A stretch of 64,000 nt of DNA from the NCBI GenBank assembly GCA_963642995.1, contig CAVIIZ010000002.1, positions 75,610 through 139,609 on the forward strand, written 5' to 3'. The position numbers were made by a program, and so were the translations under genes. Shown in pieces: positions 1 to 11,149 of the stretch (positions within the stretch are counted from its first letter, which is position 1; each line of letters begins with the position of its first letter). Under the pieces are notes generated by a model. It was not told where the DNA came from. It was given only the letters and a program-made list of their open reading frames with translations, and made no database searches. Source of the DNA: a bacterium. GTDB lineage: Bacteria; Actinomycetota; Coriobacteriia; Coriobacteriales; QAMH01.

Positions 1-260
1 GCCGTGCCGGTTTCCCGTGCGGCGTCTCGCAAGCCGCGCCGCGCGGCCGCTCCCCTTGCGGCGTCTCGCAGGACCTGCCGCGCCTTTCGCCGTTCAGTCG
101 CGCGCAAGGTGTCGGCTGGGTGAAAATGATGACGGGTGGTAAACGATTCACCATTTGAACGGGTGCCCCGCGCACAATGAGCGCGCGAAAGGCGGCGCGT
201 GCGCAGGCACGCGTTTTTCTTGGCCTGCACGTGCGCGGACCGCGGCGCGAGCAGGCCCGC

Positions 261-1412
261 ATGAGAGAAGGGCGCGAGGGGGACGGCGGTTTTCAGAAGG
301 TGGCCTACGAGTTCTACGACATATTGGGCGTGTCCCGCGACGCAGACGACCGGGAGATAAAGAAGGCGTTTCGCCGCAAGGCGCGCGAGCTTCATCCGGA
401 CGTGAACAAGGCGCCGGACGCCGAGGAGCGCTTCAAGGAGCTCAACGAGGCCTACGACGTCTTGAGCGACCCGCAGAAGAAGGCCCTCTACGACCGCTAC
501 GGCACGGCCGAGGCGACGGGCGGTTTCGGCGGCGGCTACCAAAACGTCGACATGAGCGACATATTCGGCGGCATGGGCGACATCTTCTCCAGCTTCTTCG
601 GCGGCATGGGCGGCTCGCGCGGCCCGCAAGCCCGCCGCGAGGGGCGCGACATGGGCATAGGCCTGCGCCTCACGCTCGAGGAGGCTGCCGTCGGGGTGAA
701 GAAGGAAGTCGTCTACGACCGCCTGGCGCCTTGCGAGGAGTGCGGCGGCACGGGCAGCGCCGACGGCGGCTCGATGAGCAGCTGCAAGACCTGCGGCGGC
801 AGCGGGCGCGTGGTAAGCGTCCAGCACACCTTCCTGGGCGACATGCAGACGGCCAGCACCTGCCCGGAGTGCGGCGGCACGGGCTCGACGGTGGAAAACC
901 CCTGCCAGGAATGCGGGGGCCAGGGACGCGTGCCCGACCGCGAGCGCCTGACCATCGAGATCCCGCCCGGCATCAAAGACGGCCAGCAGGTCCGCGCGGC
1001 CGGCCGCGGCGAAGCCGGCATGAACGGCGCGGCGGCAGGCGACCTCATCGCCACGGTGCGCCTCGAGCAGCACAAGTACTTCGAGCGCGACGGCGACCAC
1101 CTGCACACGCGCGCCAACGTCTCCATAGCGCAGGCCGCCCTCGGCGCGACCATCACGGTGGAGGGCATCATCGACGGAGAAAAGATCGAAGTCGAGGTTC
1201 CGGCCGGCTGCCAGCCCGACCAGATGCTGCGGGTGAAGGGCCACGGCATGCCGCGCCTGCGCAAGCCCGCCAAACGCGGCGACCTCTTCGTGCACGTCAC
1301 GGTCGTCGTGCCCGCGAAGCTCTCGCGCAAGGCGCGCGAGCTGCTCGGCGCCCTCGACGAGGAGCTGGGCCATGCCGACTCCGAGAAGCGCGCCCCGCTC
1401 TCGCGCCGCTAG
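261..1412 (+). CDS. dnaJ: Molecular chaperone DnaJ
   Basis: Track ORF 177..1412. J-domain YDILGV...HPD, G/F-rich linker, four zinc-finger repeats CEECGGTG/CKTCGGSG/CPECGGTG/CQECGGQG. Start ambiguous (ATG 177, ATG 261 or GTG 300). Confidence 0.95.
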   Translation: MREGREGDGGFQKVAYEFYDILGVSRDADDREIKKAFRRKARELHPDVNKAPDAEERFKELNEAYDVLSDPQKKALYDRYGTAEATGGFGGGYQNVDMSDIFGGMGDIFSSFFGGMGGSRGPQARREGRDMGIGLRLTLEEAAVGVKKEVVYDRLAPCEECGGTGSADGGSMSSCKTCGGSGRVVSVQHTFLGDMQTASTCPECGGTGSTVENPCQECGGQGRVPDRERLTIEIPPGIKDGQQVRAAGRGEAGMNGAAAGDLIATVRLEQHKYFERDGDHLHTRANVSIAQAALGATITVEGIIDGEKIEVEVPAGCQPDQMLRVKGHGMPRLRKPAKRGDLFVHVTVVVPAKLSRKARELLGALDEELGHADSEKRAPLSRR

Positions 1413-1561
1413 AGGGGGCGGCATGCTTGCCGGGCGTGAAGATTTTCACCAATTCGCCACTGAACGAAGGCGTGCTACGTGGTATCATCCCTTTTCGTGT
1501 GTTTGAAGGATGCGGCGCGCGGCAGGCAGCCGGCGTCGTCTAGGAAAGGCAAACGATAGAG

Positions 1562-1741
1562 ATGGCAGTACCCAAGCGCAAGACCGGCCGAATCCGCACG
1601 CATCAGCGTCGCTCGGAAAACGACAAGGTGGCCACGCCGGCACGTTCCGTGTGCCCGCAATGCGGCGAGGTCAAGCTCCCGCACCGCGTGTGCCCCTCAT
1701 GCGGCTACTACAAGGGCAAGGAGGTCGTCGAGATCGGCTAG
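1562..1741 (+). CDS. rpmF: 50S ribosomal protein L32 (zinc-ribbon form)
   Basis: Read by hand; 59 codons, below the ORF-track cutoff. MAVPKRKTGRIRTHQRRSENDK... with CPQCG and CPSCG pairs. ATG at 1562, TAG at 1739-1741. Sits directly upstream of plsX, as in many bacteria. Confidence 0.9.
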   Translation: MAVPKRKTGRIRTHQRRSENDKVATPARSVCPQCGEVKLPHRVCPSCGYYKGKEVVEIG

Positions 1742-1836
1742 GCGCGCCTTGTGCCTGCCGTTTTCGCGGCTGAAGAGAAAGCCGGCTTTTCCCTGGAGAA
1801 AGGCCGGCTTTCTTGTATGAGAAGAGGCTTGAGAAG

Positions 1837-2922
1837 ATGCCGAACCTGAGAATCGCCGTCGACGCGTTCGGCGGAGACGACGCGCCCGACGTGGTTTTGG
1901 CGGGCGTGGACGAGGCCCTTGCCGCGCGCGAGGGCCTCGAGGTCGTGCTGTGCGGCCTTCCCGAGACGGTCGAGCCCTTCGCCGCCTCGCGCCCGCGCGT
2001 CGTCGCCCGGCCCTGCTCGGAGATTGTCGGCATGGGCGAGCATGGGGCGCGGGCCGTGCGCAAAAAGCGCGACTCCTCGATCGCCGTCGGCTGCAAGCTG
2101 GTGAAAGAGGGGAAAGCGCAGGGCTTTTTCTCGGCCGGCTCGACCGGTGCGTGCATGGCGGCGGCCACCTTGCTCATGGGGCGCCTGCCCAAGGTGAAGC
2201 GCCCGGCCATCGCCACGGTCATCCCCTCGCCCGCGGGCAAGTGCGTCATGTGCGACGTGGGCGCGAACGCCGATTGCAAGCCGGAGTACCTCGTGCAGTT
2301 CGCCTTGATGGGCTCCGTGTACGCGCAGATTGTTCTCGGAGTGGAGCATCCCCGCATAGGCCTGCTCAACATCGGCGCAGAAGAAGAGAAGGGCTCCGAG
2401 TTTGCGCAAACCTGCCACAAGCTGCTGAAAGAGCAGGTCGCGGGCTTTGCGGGCAACGCAGAGGGCCGCGATGTGGCACTTGGACGCTTCGACGTCATAG
2501 TCACCGACGGCTTCACCGGAAACGTCGCGTTGAAGGCCTTCGAGGGCGTGGGCAAGGCGCTGTTCTCCGCGCTCAGAGACGCGATGACGGACAGCCTGAG
2601 GCACAAGCTCGGCGCCGCTCTCGTGCGCGACGGCCTGATGGGCCTGAAGACCTCCGTCTCGCCCGACGAATACGGCGGCGCCCAGCTGCTCGGGGTGCGG
2701 GGGGTGTGCCTGATAGGCCATGGCTCGGCAAACGCGCATGCCATCGCAAGCGGCATCCTCGCCACCGCCGACGCCGTGGCGTTGTCCATGCCCGAGCGCA
2801 TCTCGAAAGAGATCGCCTCGCATTCCATCGCCATGGCAGGCGCCGCGCAGTCCGCAGCACCGGTCGGGGCGCCGCATGCCTGCACGCCGCCTGCCGCTGC
2901 ATCCCACGACGAAAGAGGGTAG
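1837..2922 (+). CDS. plsX: Phosphate acyltransferase PlsX
   Basis: Track ORF 1813..2922. MPNLRIAVDAFGGDDAP N-terminus typical of PlsX. AGAGG-like RBS before ATG 1837. Confidence 0.92.
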   Translation: MPNLRIAVDAFGGDDAPDVVLAGVDEALAAREGLEVVLCGLPETVEPFAASRPRVVARPCSEIVGMGEHGARAVRKKRDSSIAVGCKLVKEGKAQGFFSAGSTGACMAAATLLMGRLPKVKRPAIATVIPSPAGKCVMCDVGANADCKPEYLVQFALMGSVYAQIVLGVEHPRIGLLNIGAEEEKGSEFAQTCHKLLKEQVAGFAGNAEGRDVALGRFDVIVTDGFTGNVALKAFEGVGKALFSALRDAMTDSLRHKLGAALVRDGLMGLKTSVSPDEYGGAQLLGVRGVCLIGHGSANAHAIASGILATADAVALSMPERISKEIASHSIAMAGAAQSAAPVGAPHACTPPAAASHDERG

Positions 2923-2926
2923 CGCC

Positions 2927-3658
2927 ATGACCCCTGCCGAGCGCCCGTGCCGTCCCAAGACCTTCGTCTCCCATCCGGACGTGGTGTCTCGCGCGGAGAA
3001 GATGCTGGGATACAGCTTCCGCGACAAGAGCATGCTCGAATCCGCCCTCACGCACCCGTCCGCGGCCATGCGCACGGCCACCACCTTCAACTACGAGCGC
3101 CTGGAGTTCTTGGGCGATTCGGTCTTGGGGTTCATCGTGGCCGACGAGGTCTTCTGCCGTTTCGAGGACCTGGAGGAAGGCGGCCTCACGCGTGTGAAGG
3201 TCTCGCTTGTCTCCGGCAGCTCGCTTTCGCGTGTGGCAGACGCCCTCGGCATCGGCGACCTGATCATCTTCGGCGAAAGCGAGGCGGGCACGCACGGGCG
3301 CGGCCTGCACTCGGCGCTCGAAAACGTCTACGAGGCCCTCGTGGCCGCCCTCTACCTGGACGGCGGGCTGGAAGCCGCGCGCGCATGGGTGCTCGACACC
3401 TTGGGGCCGCACATCGACCGCGATGCCGCCGCCGAGCCGGAAAACCCCAAGTCCACCCTGCAGGAGCGCTTGCAGGCCAAGGGGCAGGCGCCTGCCTACC
3501 GCATCGTGGGCGAGAGCGGCCCTCCGCATGCGCGCACTTTCAAAGCCGCCGTCTCCGTGGACGGCGAGGAGCTGGCCTGCGGCGAGGGACGCTCCAAGAA
3601 GGCCGCCGAGGCCGCAGCGGCCGCTGCCGCCATCGCCCGCCTCGGCTTCATGTCCTGA
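2927..3658 (+). CDS. rnc: Ribonuclease III
   Basis: In-frame ATG 2927 within track ORF 2720..3658. RNase III signature ERLEFLGDSVL plus a C-terminal dsRBD (KSTLQERLQ...). Confidence 0.93.
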   Translation: MTPAERPCRPKTFVSHPDVVSRAEKMLGYSFRDKSMLESALTHPSAAMRTATTFNYERLEFLGDSVLGFIVADEVFCRFEDLEEGGLTRVKVSLVSGSSLSRVADALGIGDLIIFGESEAGTHGRGLHSALENVYEALVAALYLDGGLEAARAWVLDTLGPHIDRDAAAEPENPKSTLQERLQAKGQAPAYRIVGESGPPHARTFKAAVSVDGEELACGEGRSKKAAEAAAAAAAIARLGFMS

Positions 3659-3715
3659 CGTGCTGTTCGTGGTACCATTTCGGGGTTTGTGCAACGACGT
3701 GTCCAAGGGGCTTTC

Positions 3716-6700
3716 GTGTACCTCAAATCTCTTGTCTTGAAGGGTTTCAAATCGTTTGCGGACCGCTCGGCCTTGCGCTTGGAGCCGGGTCTTACGGTGG
3801 TCGTGGGCCCCAACGGCTCGGGCAAGTCCAACATCTCGGACGCGGTCTTGTGGGTTTTGGGCGAGCAGAGCGCCAAGCACCTGCGCGGGTCGTCGATGGA
3901 AGACGTCATATTCGCGGGCAGCTCGGCCAGGCAGGCCGTCGGCTTGGCCGAGGTCGACCTCGTGCTCGACAACTCCGACGGCACCCTGCCGCTCGATTTC
4001 ACCGAAGTCGTCGTCACGCGCCGCATGTACCGCAACGGCGAGAGCGAGTACCTGATCAACGGCAGCCCCTCGCGGCGCATGGACGTCATCGACATCTTGA
4101 ACGACTCGGGGCTCGGCCGCGACGCGCACTCCATCATCAGCCAGGGCTCGCTGCAAAACGTGCTGCAGGGCCGCCCCGAGGACCGCCGCGTGCTGGTGGA
4201 GGAGGCCGCGGGCATCTTGAAGCACAAGATGCGCAAGGACCGTGCCGCCCGCAAGCTGAAGAACATGGACGCCGAGCTTGCGCGCGTGCACGATATCGCC
4301 GCCGAGATAGAACGGCAGCTGAAGCCGCTGGAGCGCCAGGCCTCGCGCGCGCAGCAATACGAGCACCTCTCCGGCGACCTGAAGGAGGTGGAGCTGACGC
4401 TTGCGGTGGACGACCTGCGCCAGCTCCAGAGCCGCTGGAAGGAGATAGGCCGCGAGGAAAAGGAGGCGGACTCGCTTGTGGAGATGGCGAAGTTCCGCCT
4501 CGACGAGAAGAAGCGTGAGCTGGAGAAATACCAGCGCCTGCTCGAGGAGAAGGGGCTGTTCGTGGGCGATTTGGCCGAGCAGCGCCGCCGCAGCCAGCTC
4601 GTGTTGGAGCGCCTGGACTCGGGGATGCTGCTCTTGGAGGAAAAGGGGCGCAACATGGTCTCGCGCCTCTCCGAGCTGCGCCAGTCCATACACCGCGCCG
4701 ACACGCGCCTGTCCGAGGCGTCCGCGCAGCTTCGCGCGGGCGAAGACGAGCGCCGCGACGCGATAGCCCGCCGCGACGAGTTGCACGCGCAGCTCTCCGA
4801 GCTGCAAAAGGAGTCCGAGGGCATGCGCCGTGCGCGCAAGGAGGCCGACGAGCAGGTGGCGCGCCTGGCCTCGTCGGTGCGCGCCAAGGAAAAGGCCGTC
4901 GATGCGGCCAACCTGCGCGGGATGAAGGCCGCCGAGACCCTGGGCACCGCCGACGTCGAAGACGGGCTGCTCGTCTCGCGCGGCGAGCAGATAGAAGAAT
5001 CGCTTGCCGCCACGCGCACGACCCTTGCCGCACGGCGCTCCCGTGCCGAGCAGCTCGAAGGCGAGCTGGCGAAGCTCTCGCGCGAGTCCAAGCTCGCCAA
5101 GTCCGACATAGAAAAGCGCCTGCGCCTGCTCGAAGACGTTCGCTCCAAGCGCGACGCCGCCCGCGACGCGCTGGCGGGCCTTCGCGCCGAGCTGAAGGGC
5201 CTCGAGGAGGTGGACCGCGCCTTCGACGAGGCCAGCCCGCTGCTCACCTGGACGCTCGACCACCGCGACGACCTGACGGGCATCGTCACCCCGCTCTCGG
5301 AGATATTCACCGCTCCCGAGCACCTCGAAAAGCTCGTCGAGCACCTTTTGGGCGCAGATCTCTTCGGGCTCATGACCCAAGACGTGCATGCGGCGGCGGT
5401 CGTGGCCGAGCGCATACTGTCGTCCGGCGTGACGGGCGGGGAGATATCGCTCGTGCCGGCAGACGGGCGCGAGAACGCGAAGAGGCGCCGTGCGCGCGCA
5501 GGAGAGCACCTGCTCGACCAGCTGGACTACGATGCGGCCTACGCGCAGGTGGCCGACGACCTCCTGGGCGACGTCTACGTGGTGCCCTCGGTGAAAGACG
5601 CGATCGAGGCGCGCGAAGAAGACGACACGGGCGCGCGCTTCGTCACCGACGAGGGCGTGGTCGTGTGGCCGGACGGCAAGATCACCATCGGCGCGCAGCT
5701 GGCCGACACCGAAGGCGTGCTCGGACGCAAGCGCCGCATGAACGTGCTGCGCGAGGAAGACCCGGCCCGCGAGGCGCAGCTCGGAGAGGCGGAGCTGGCC
5801 GTCTCGGCCGCAGAAGACGCGTTGCAGGCGGCCCAGGCCGACGAGTTCGAGCTGGCCCAGCGAAGCGCCCAGGCATCCGGGGAGCTGGAGTCGCTGCACG
5901 AGGAGACGGGGCGACTGGAGCACAACATCACCGCGCTCATGGCCGAGGCCGAGCAGGTGAAGCGCCGTCGCGAGAAGATCGTCGAAGACACCGCCGCCTC
6001 GCGCGAGCTGGTGGCCTCTCTGGAAGAGGAGAAGGCCTCCTACGAGGCCGAGAAGGCCGAGCTGGAAGAGGAGCTGGCCGCCGTGCGCGAGAAGCGCGAG
6101 TCGCTTTTCGAACAGGAAAGCGCCTGCACGTCGCGGGTCTCGGCGGCGAACGTGGAGCTTGCCACCGTGCGCGAGCGCGCCCTGCACCTGGCCAACCAGA
6201 TAGACTCGCTGAAAAGCGAGGTGCGCAACCTGCGCGGGTCGCTGGCCGTCTCGTGCGATACCGAGCGCAGCCTGGAGATCTTGCGCCTGCGCGTCGAGCC
6301 CCTGCACGCCGTCTTCACCGAGCTGCACGACGGCGTGGCCGCCCAGGCCCAGATCCTGCGCGACCAAGCCCGCCTCGAGCAGGCAGGCCAGGGCGATTTG
6401 CGCACCACGATCGAGGAGGCGCGAAAGGCCGTCGAGAGCGCGCAGGCGCAAGTGGACGGCTCAACCGAGGCGCTCTCGCAGGTGCGCGTGGATCGTGGCA
6501 AGCTGGAGGTGCAGGTCGAGGCCGCCGTCTCGTCGATCACCGAAGAGCATGGCGTGCTTCTCGACATCGCCTTGCAGATGCCCGCGCCGAACGACCGTCC
6601 CGCGCTCGAGCGCAAAGGCGACAAGCTGCGCAACCGCATCGCGCACCTGGGCGCGGTCAACCCCGTGGCCGTCGAGGAGTACCGCGCGCTGAAGGAGCGG

Positions 6701-7306
6701 CGCGACTTCATCGCCACCCAGACCGACGACTTGGACGGCGCGCGCAAGTCGCTCGAGCGCATCGTCGCGGCCATCGACCGCAAGATGCGCAACCGCTTCG
6801 TGGAGACCTTCAACGCGGTCAACGCCAACTTCTCCGAGATCTTCGCGACGCTGTTTCCGGGCGGGCGCGGCAACCTCACGCTCACAGACCCCGACAACCC
6901 CGAGGAAAGCGGCATAGAGGTGCACGCGCAGCCCAAGGGCAAGGCCGTGCGCAAGCAGTCGCTGCTCTCCGGCGGCGAGCAGTCCCTCGTGGCCATGGCG
7001 CTGTTGTTTGCCACCTACCGCGTGCGCTCGACGCCGTTCTACATCCTCGACGAGGTCGAGGCGGCGCTCGACGACACGAACCTGCGCCGCCTTTTGGCCT
7101 ATCTCGACGGCATACGGGAGACCACCCAGTTCATCATGATCTCGCACCAGCGCCGCACCATGGAGATGGCCGACTTGCTCTACGGCGTCTCGATGCGAAA
7201 CGACGGCGTGTCAAAGCTGGTAAGCCAACGTCTCGACCAGGCCCTGCGCCAGGCGCACGAGGCGCAGGTCCTGCCCGAGGTGGACTCGTTTTCGGGCGCG
7301 AGGTAG
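3716..7306 (+). CDS. smc: Chromosome segregation protein SMC
   Basis: Track ORF 3689..7306. N-terminus (V)YLKSLVLKGFKSF, Walker A GPNGSGKSN, long coiled coils, hinge, LSGGE signature and Walker B FYILDEVEAALD. GTG 3716 is the likely start. Confidence 0.95.
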   Translation: MYLKSLVLKGFKSFADRSALRLEPGLTVVVGPNGSGKSNISDAVLWVLGEQSAKHLRGSSMEDVIFAGSSARQAVGLAEVDLVLDNSDGTLPLDFTEVVVTRRMYRNGESEYLINGSPSRRMDVIDILNDSGLGRDAHSIISQGSLQNVLQGRPEDRRVLVEEAAGILKHKMRKDRAARKLKNMDAELARVHDIAAEIERQLKPLERQASRAQQYEHLSGDLKEVELTLAVDDLRQLQSRWKEIGREEKEADSLVEMAKFRLDEKKRELEKYQRLLEEKGLFVGDLAEQRRRSQLVLERLDSGMLLLEEKGRNMVSRLSELRQSIHRADTRLSEASAQLRAGEDERRDAIARRDELHAQLSELQKESEGMRRARKEADEQVARLASSVRAKEKAVDAANLRGMKAAETLGTADVEDGLLVSRGEQIEESLAATRTTLAARRSRAEQLEGELAKLSRESKLAKSDIEKRLRLLEDVRSKRDAARDALAGLRAELKGLEEVDRAFDEASPLLTWTLDHRDDLTGIVTPLSEIFTAPEHLEKLVEHLLGADLFGLMTQDVHAAAVVAERILSSGVTGGEISLVPADGRENAKRRRARAGEHLLDQLDYDAAYAQVADDLLGDVYVVPSVKDAIEAREEDDTGARFVTDEGVVVWPDGKITIGAQLADTEGVLGRKRRMNVLREEDPAREAQLGEAELAVSAAEDALQAAQADEFELAQRSAQASGELESLHEETGRLEHNITALMAEAEQVKRRREKIVEDTAASRELVASLEEEKASYEAEKAELEEELAAVREKRESLFEQESACTSRVSAANVELATVRERALHLANQIDSLKSEVRNLRGSLAVSCDTERSLEILRLRVEPLHAVFTELHDGVAAQAQILRDQARLEQAGQGDLRTTIEEARKAVESAQAQVDGSTEALSQVRVDRGKLEVQVEAAVSSITEEHGVLLDIALQMPAPNDRPALERKGDKLRNRIAHLGAVNPVAVEEYRALKERRDFIATQTDDLDGARKSLERIVAAIDRKMRNRFVETFNAVNANFSEIFATLFPGGRGNLTLTDPDNPEESGIEVHAQPKGKAVRKQSLLSGGEQSLVAMALLFATYRVRSTPFYILDEVEAALDDTNLRRLLAYLDGIRETTQFIMISHQRRTMEMADLLYGVSMRNDGVSKLVSQRLDQALRQAHEAQVLPEVDSFSGAR

Positions 7307-7327
7307 AAGGCGGGAAAAGGAGCGGAC

Positions 7328-8305
7328 ATGGGATTTCGCGACAGAATCCAGCGCAGCCGCGAGCGCTTCTCGGAGCGCATGAACATCATCTTGCGGCGCG
7401 GCCCCAAGCTCGACGAGGAGTTTTGGGACAATTTGGAGGAGACCCTCATCGCAAGCGACATGGGCGCGCTTGCGGCAGACGCGGCGGTGGAGGAGCTGCG
7501 CGATCTGGCGCGGCGGCGCGCGCTGCCGGACGCCTGGGCGGTGCTCGACTTGCTGGCCGAGCAGGTGGCGGGGCTTTTCGCGCCCTGCGAGACCGACCCC
7601 TTCACCGCAAACCCCTCCTGCGTGCTGTTCGTGGGGATAAACGGCGCGGGCAAGACGACCACGGTGGGCAAGCTGGCAAAACAGGCCCACGAAGCCGGGC
7701 GGCACGTGCTCATAGGCAGCGCCGACACCTTCCGCGCGGCGGCCATCGAGCAGCTCGACGAGTGGGGACGGCGCAGCGGCGTGGAGGTGGTGAAGCGCGA
7801 GCGCGGCGCGGATCCGGCCAGCGTGTGCTACGACGTGATAGAGCGCGGCGAGGCCTGCGGCGCCGACCTGCTGCTCGTCGACACGAGCGGGCGTCTGCAC
7901 ACCTCCGACGAGTTGATGCGCGAGCTGGAGAAGGTGGTCTCGGTCACGCGCAAGCGCGCGAAGATGCCGGTCTGCTGCGTGCTGGTCATCGACGCCACCT
8001 GCGGCCAAAACGGCCTCGTGCAGGCGCGGGAATTCGACCGCGTGCTCGATTTGGACGGCATCGTCATGACAAAGCTCGACGGCACGGCGAAAGGCGGCAT
8101 CGCCGTGGCCGCAAGCCACGAGCTGGGGCTGCCCATCCTTCGCGTGGGGGTGGGCGAGGGCATCGACGACCTGCGCCCCTTCGACGCGCTGGAATACGCC
8201 GAGGCTCTGTTCGGCGAGATGCGCGAGGGCGGCGAAGACGGCGAGGGCACGGCCGGCGGGCACGGCAGCGCAGGAGACGCGCACGCCGGCGCATCCGGCT
8301 GGTAG
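7328..8305 (+). CDS. ftsY: Signal recognition particle receptor FtsY
   Basis: NG domain with GINGAGKTTT, DTSGRLH and TKLDGTAKGG motifs. Confidence 0.95.
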   Translation: MGFRDRIQRSRERFSERMNIILRRGPKLDEEFWDNLEETLIASDMGALAADAAVEELRDLARRRALPDAWAVLDLLAEQVAGLFAPCETDPFTANPSCVLFVGINGAGKTTTVGKLAKQAHEAGRHVLIGSADTFRAAAIEQLDEWGRRSGVEVVKRERGADPASVCYDVIERGEACGADLLLVDTSGRLHTSDELMRELEKVVSVTRKRAKMPVCCVLVIDATCGQNGLVQAREFDRVLDLDGIVMTKLDGTAKGGIAVAASHELGLPILRVGVGEGIDDLRPFDALEYAEALFGEMREGGEDGEGTAGGHGSAGDAHAGASGW

Positions 8306-8392
8306 AGGCGAGCGCTGCATCAGGCGGCACGCGGCAGCAGACGCTCGATGGGAGCGCGAGGCGCCGCGATCTAGACGAAGAAGGGGGCGCGC

Positions 8393-9784
<1,392 letters not shown>

Positions 9785-9907
9785 GGCGCGCCGCCGCGGG
9801 GCGCCCGCGATGCGTGCCCGGCGCGCTTGCAAGACCCGGGCATCCCCCGGCGCCGTGCGCGCCCGTCTCGGCGCGCACGAGGACACGAAAAGGCATGGGA
9901 GGAAGAG

Positions 9908-10924
9908 ATGACGGCAGACGGCACGGTCACGATGGCGCACGGCAGCGGCGGGACGATGATGCGCGACATCATCGAGGAGATGTTCTTCTCGGCGTATGCC
10001 GGCGAGAGCCTCTCGGCGGGAGACGACGCGGCGAGCTTGCCCGTGCAAGGCGGGCGCATCGCCTTTTCCACCGACACCTTCGTGGTCACGCCGCATTTCT
10101 TCCCCGGTGGCGACATCGGGCATCTGGCCGTATGCGGCACGGTGAACGACGTGGCCACCGCCGGCGCCGACCCGAAGTGGCTGTCCGTGGCCTTCGTGCT
10201 CGAGGAGGGCTATCCGCTGGCCGATTTGGAGCGCATCTGCGCCTCGATCGCGCAGACGGCCGCCGAGGCCGGCGTGGAGGTGGTCACGGGCGATACCAAG
10301 GTGGTCAACCGCGGCCACGGCGACGGCGTCTACATCAACACGGCGGGCGTGGGCATGCTGCGCGAGGGGGTGCAGCTGTCGGGGCGCCTCATGCGCCCGG
10401 GCGACAAGGTGCTCGTTTCCGGCTCTATCGGCGATCACGGCATCGCCATCGTCTCCACCCGCGAGGAGCTGGCGTTTTCCACGACGGTGGCCTCGGATGC
10501 CGCCCCCTTGAACCACCTCGTCGCCGGCGTGCTCGACGCGTGCCCCGAGGGCAGCGTGCGGGCTTTCCGCGACCCGACGCGCGGCGGCCTTGCCTCGACC
10601 TTGAACGAGTTCGCCCAGATGGCGGGCGTCGACATGCGCATCGACGAGGAGGCCGTGCCCGTGCACGAGCAGGTGCGCGGCGCATGCGAGATGCTGGGAT
10701 ACGACGTGTTCCAGGTGGCCAACGAGGGAAAGATGGTCTGCGTCGTCGCGCCCGAGGCGGCAGACGCGGCGCTTCGCGCAATGCGCGAGGACCGCTACGG
10801 CGCCGAGGCCGCCATCGTGGGCGAGGTCGTGGAAGGCGACGGGCGCGTCTTCTTGCGCACCTCCTTCGGTTCGGAGCGCATCCTCGACATGCTCGTGGGC
10901 GAGCAGCTGCCGCGCATCTGCTGA
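9908..10924 (+). CDS. hypE: [NiFe]-hydrogenase maturation protein HypE
   Basis: In-frame ATG 9908 (RBS GGGAGGAAGAG) within ORF 9827..10924. PurM-like fold motifs. Protein ends with the diagnostic HypE C-terminus ...EQLPRIC. Confidence 0.9.
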   Translation: MTADGTVTMAHGSGGTMMRDIIEEMFFSAYAGESLSAGDDAASLPVQGGRIAFSTDTFVVTPHFFPGGDIGHLAVCGTVNDVATAGADPKWLSVAFVLEEGYPLADLERICASIAQTAAEAGVEVVTGDTKVVNRGHGDGVYINTAGVGMLREGVQLSGRLMRPGDKVLVSGSIGDHGIAIVSTREELAFSTTVASDAAPLNHLVAGVLDACPEGSVRAFRDPTRGGLASTLNEFAQMAGVDMRIDEEAVPVHEQVRGACEMLGYDVFQVANEGKMVCVVAPEAADAALRAMREDRYGAEAAIVGEVVEGDGRVFLRTSFGSERILDMLVGEQLPRIC

Positions 10925-11149
10925 GGACGCGTTTCGAGGCGCTTTTCCCAGGGCCATGGCGACGAACGCGTATTCCGCCACCGACAACGGGCGACGGCAC
11001 GCTGGCCACTTCCGTTTCCTACGACGTGCAGCCTTGCGCCTTCGCGAACAAGACGGCGGACAAGAAGCTGACCGTCTCGAAGAGAGGGGGGGGTCGACCA
11101 CCTTGCGGCGGGCTTTTCAGGAAGCATGCTGTGAAACGCGCTTCTTGGG

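Noticed and set aside
20-72. Direct repeat TGCGGCGTCTCGCA (two copies 38 nt apart) upstream of dnaJ, considered as a heat-shock operator
   Set aside because: It does not resemble CIRCE (TTAGCACTC-N9-GAGTGCTAA) or HAIR (CTTGAGT-N7-ACTCAAG). It sits at the window edge without context, so it cannot be interpreted.
2573-6451. 1292-aa ORF antisense to rnc/smc
   Set aside because: It lies entirely opposite well-supported genes. The translation is Arg/Ala/Gly/Leu/His-rich with no recognisable motifs. This is the expected stop-codon-poor antisense frame of GC-rich coding DNA.
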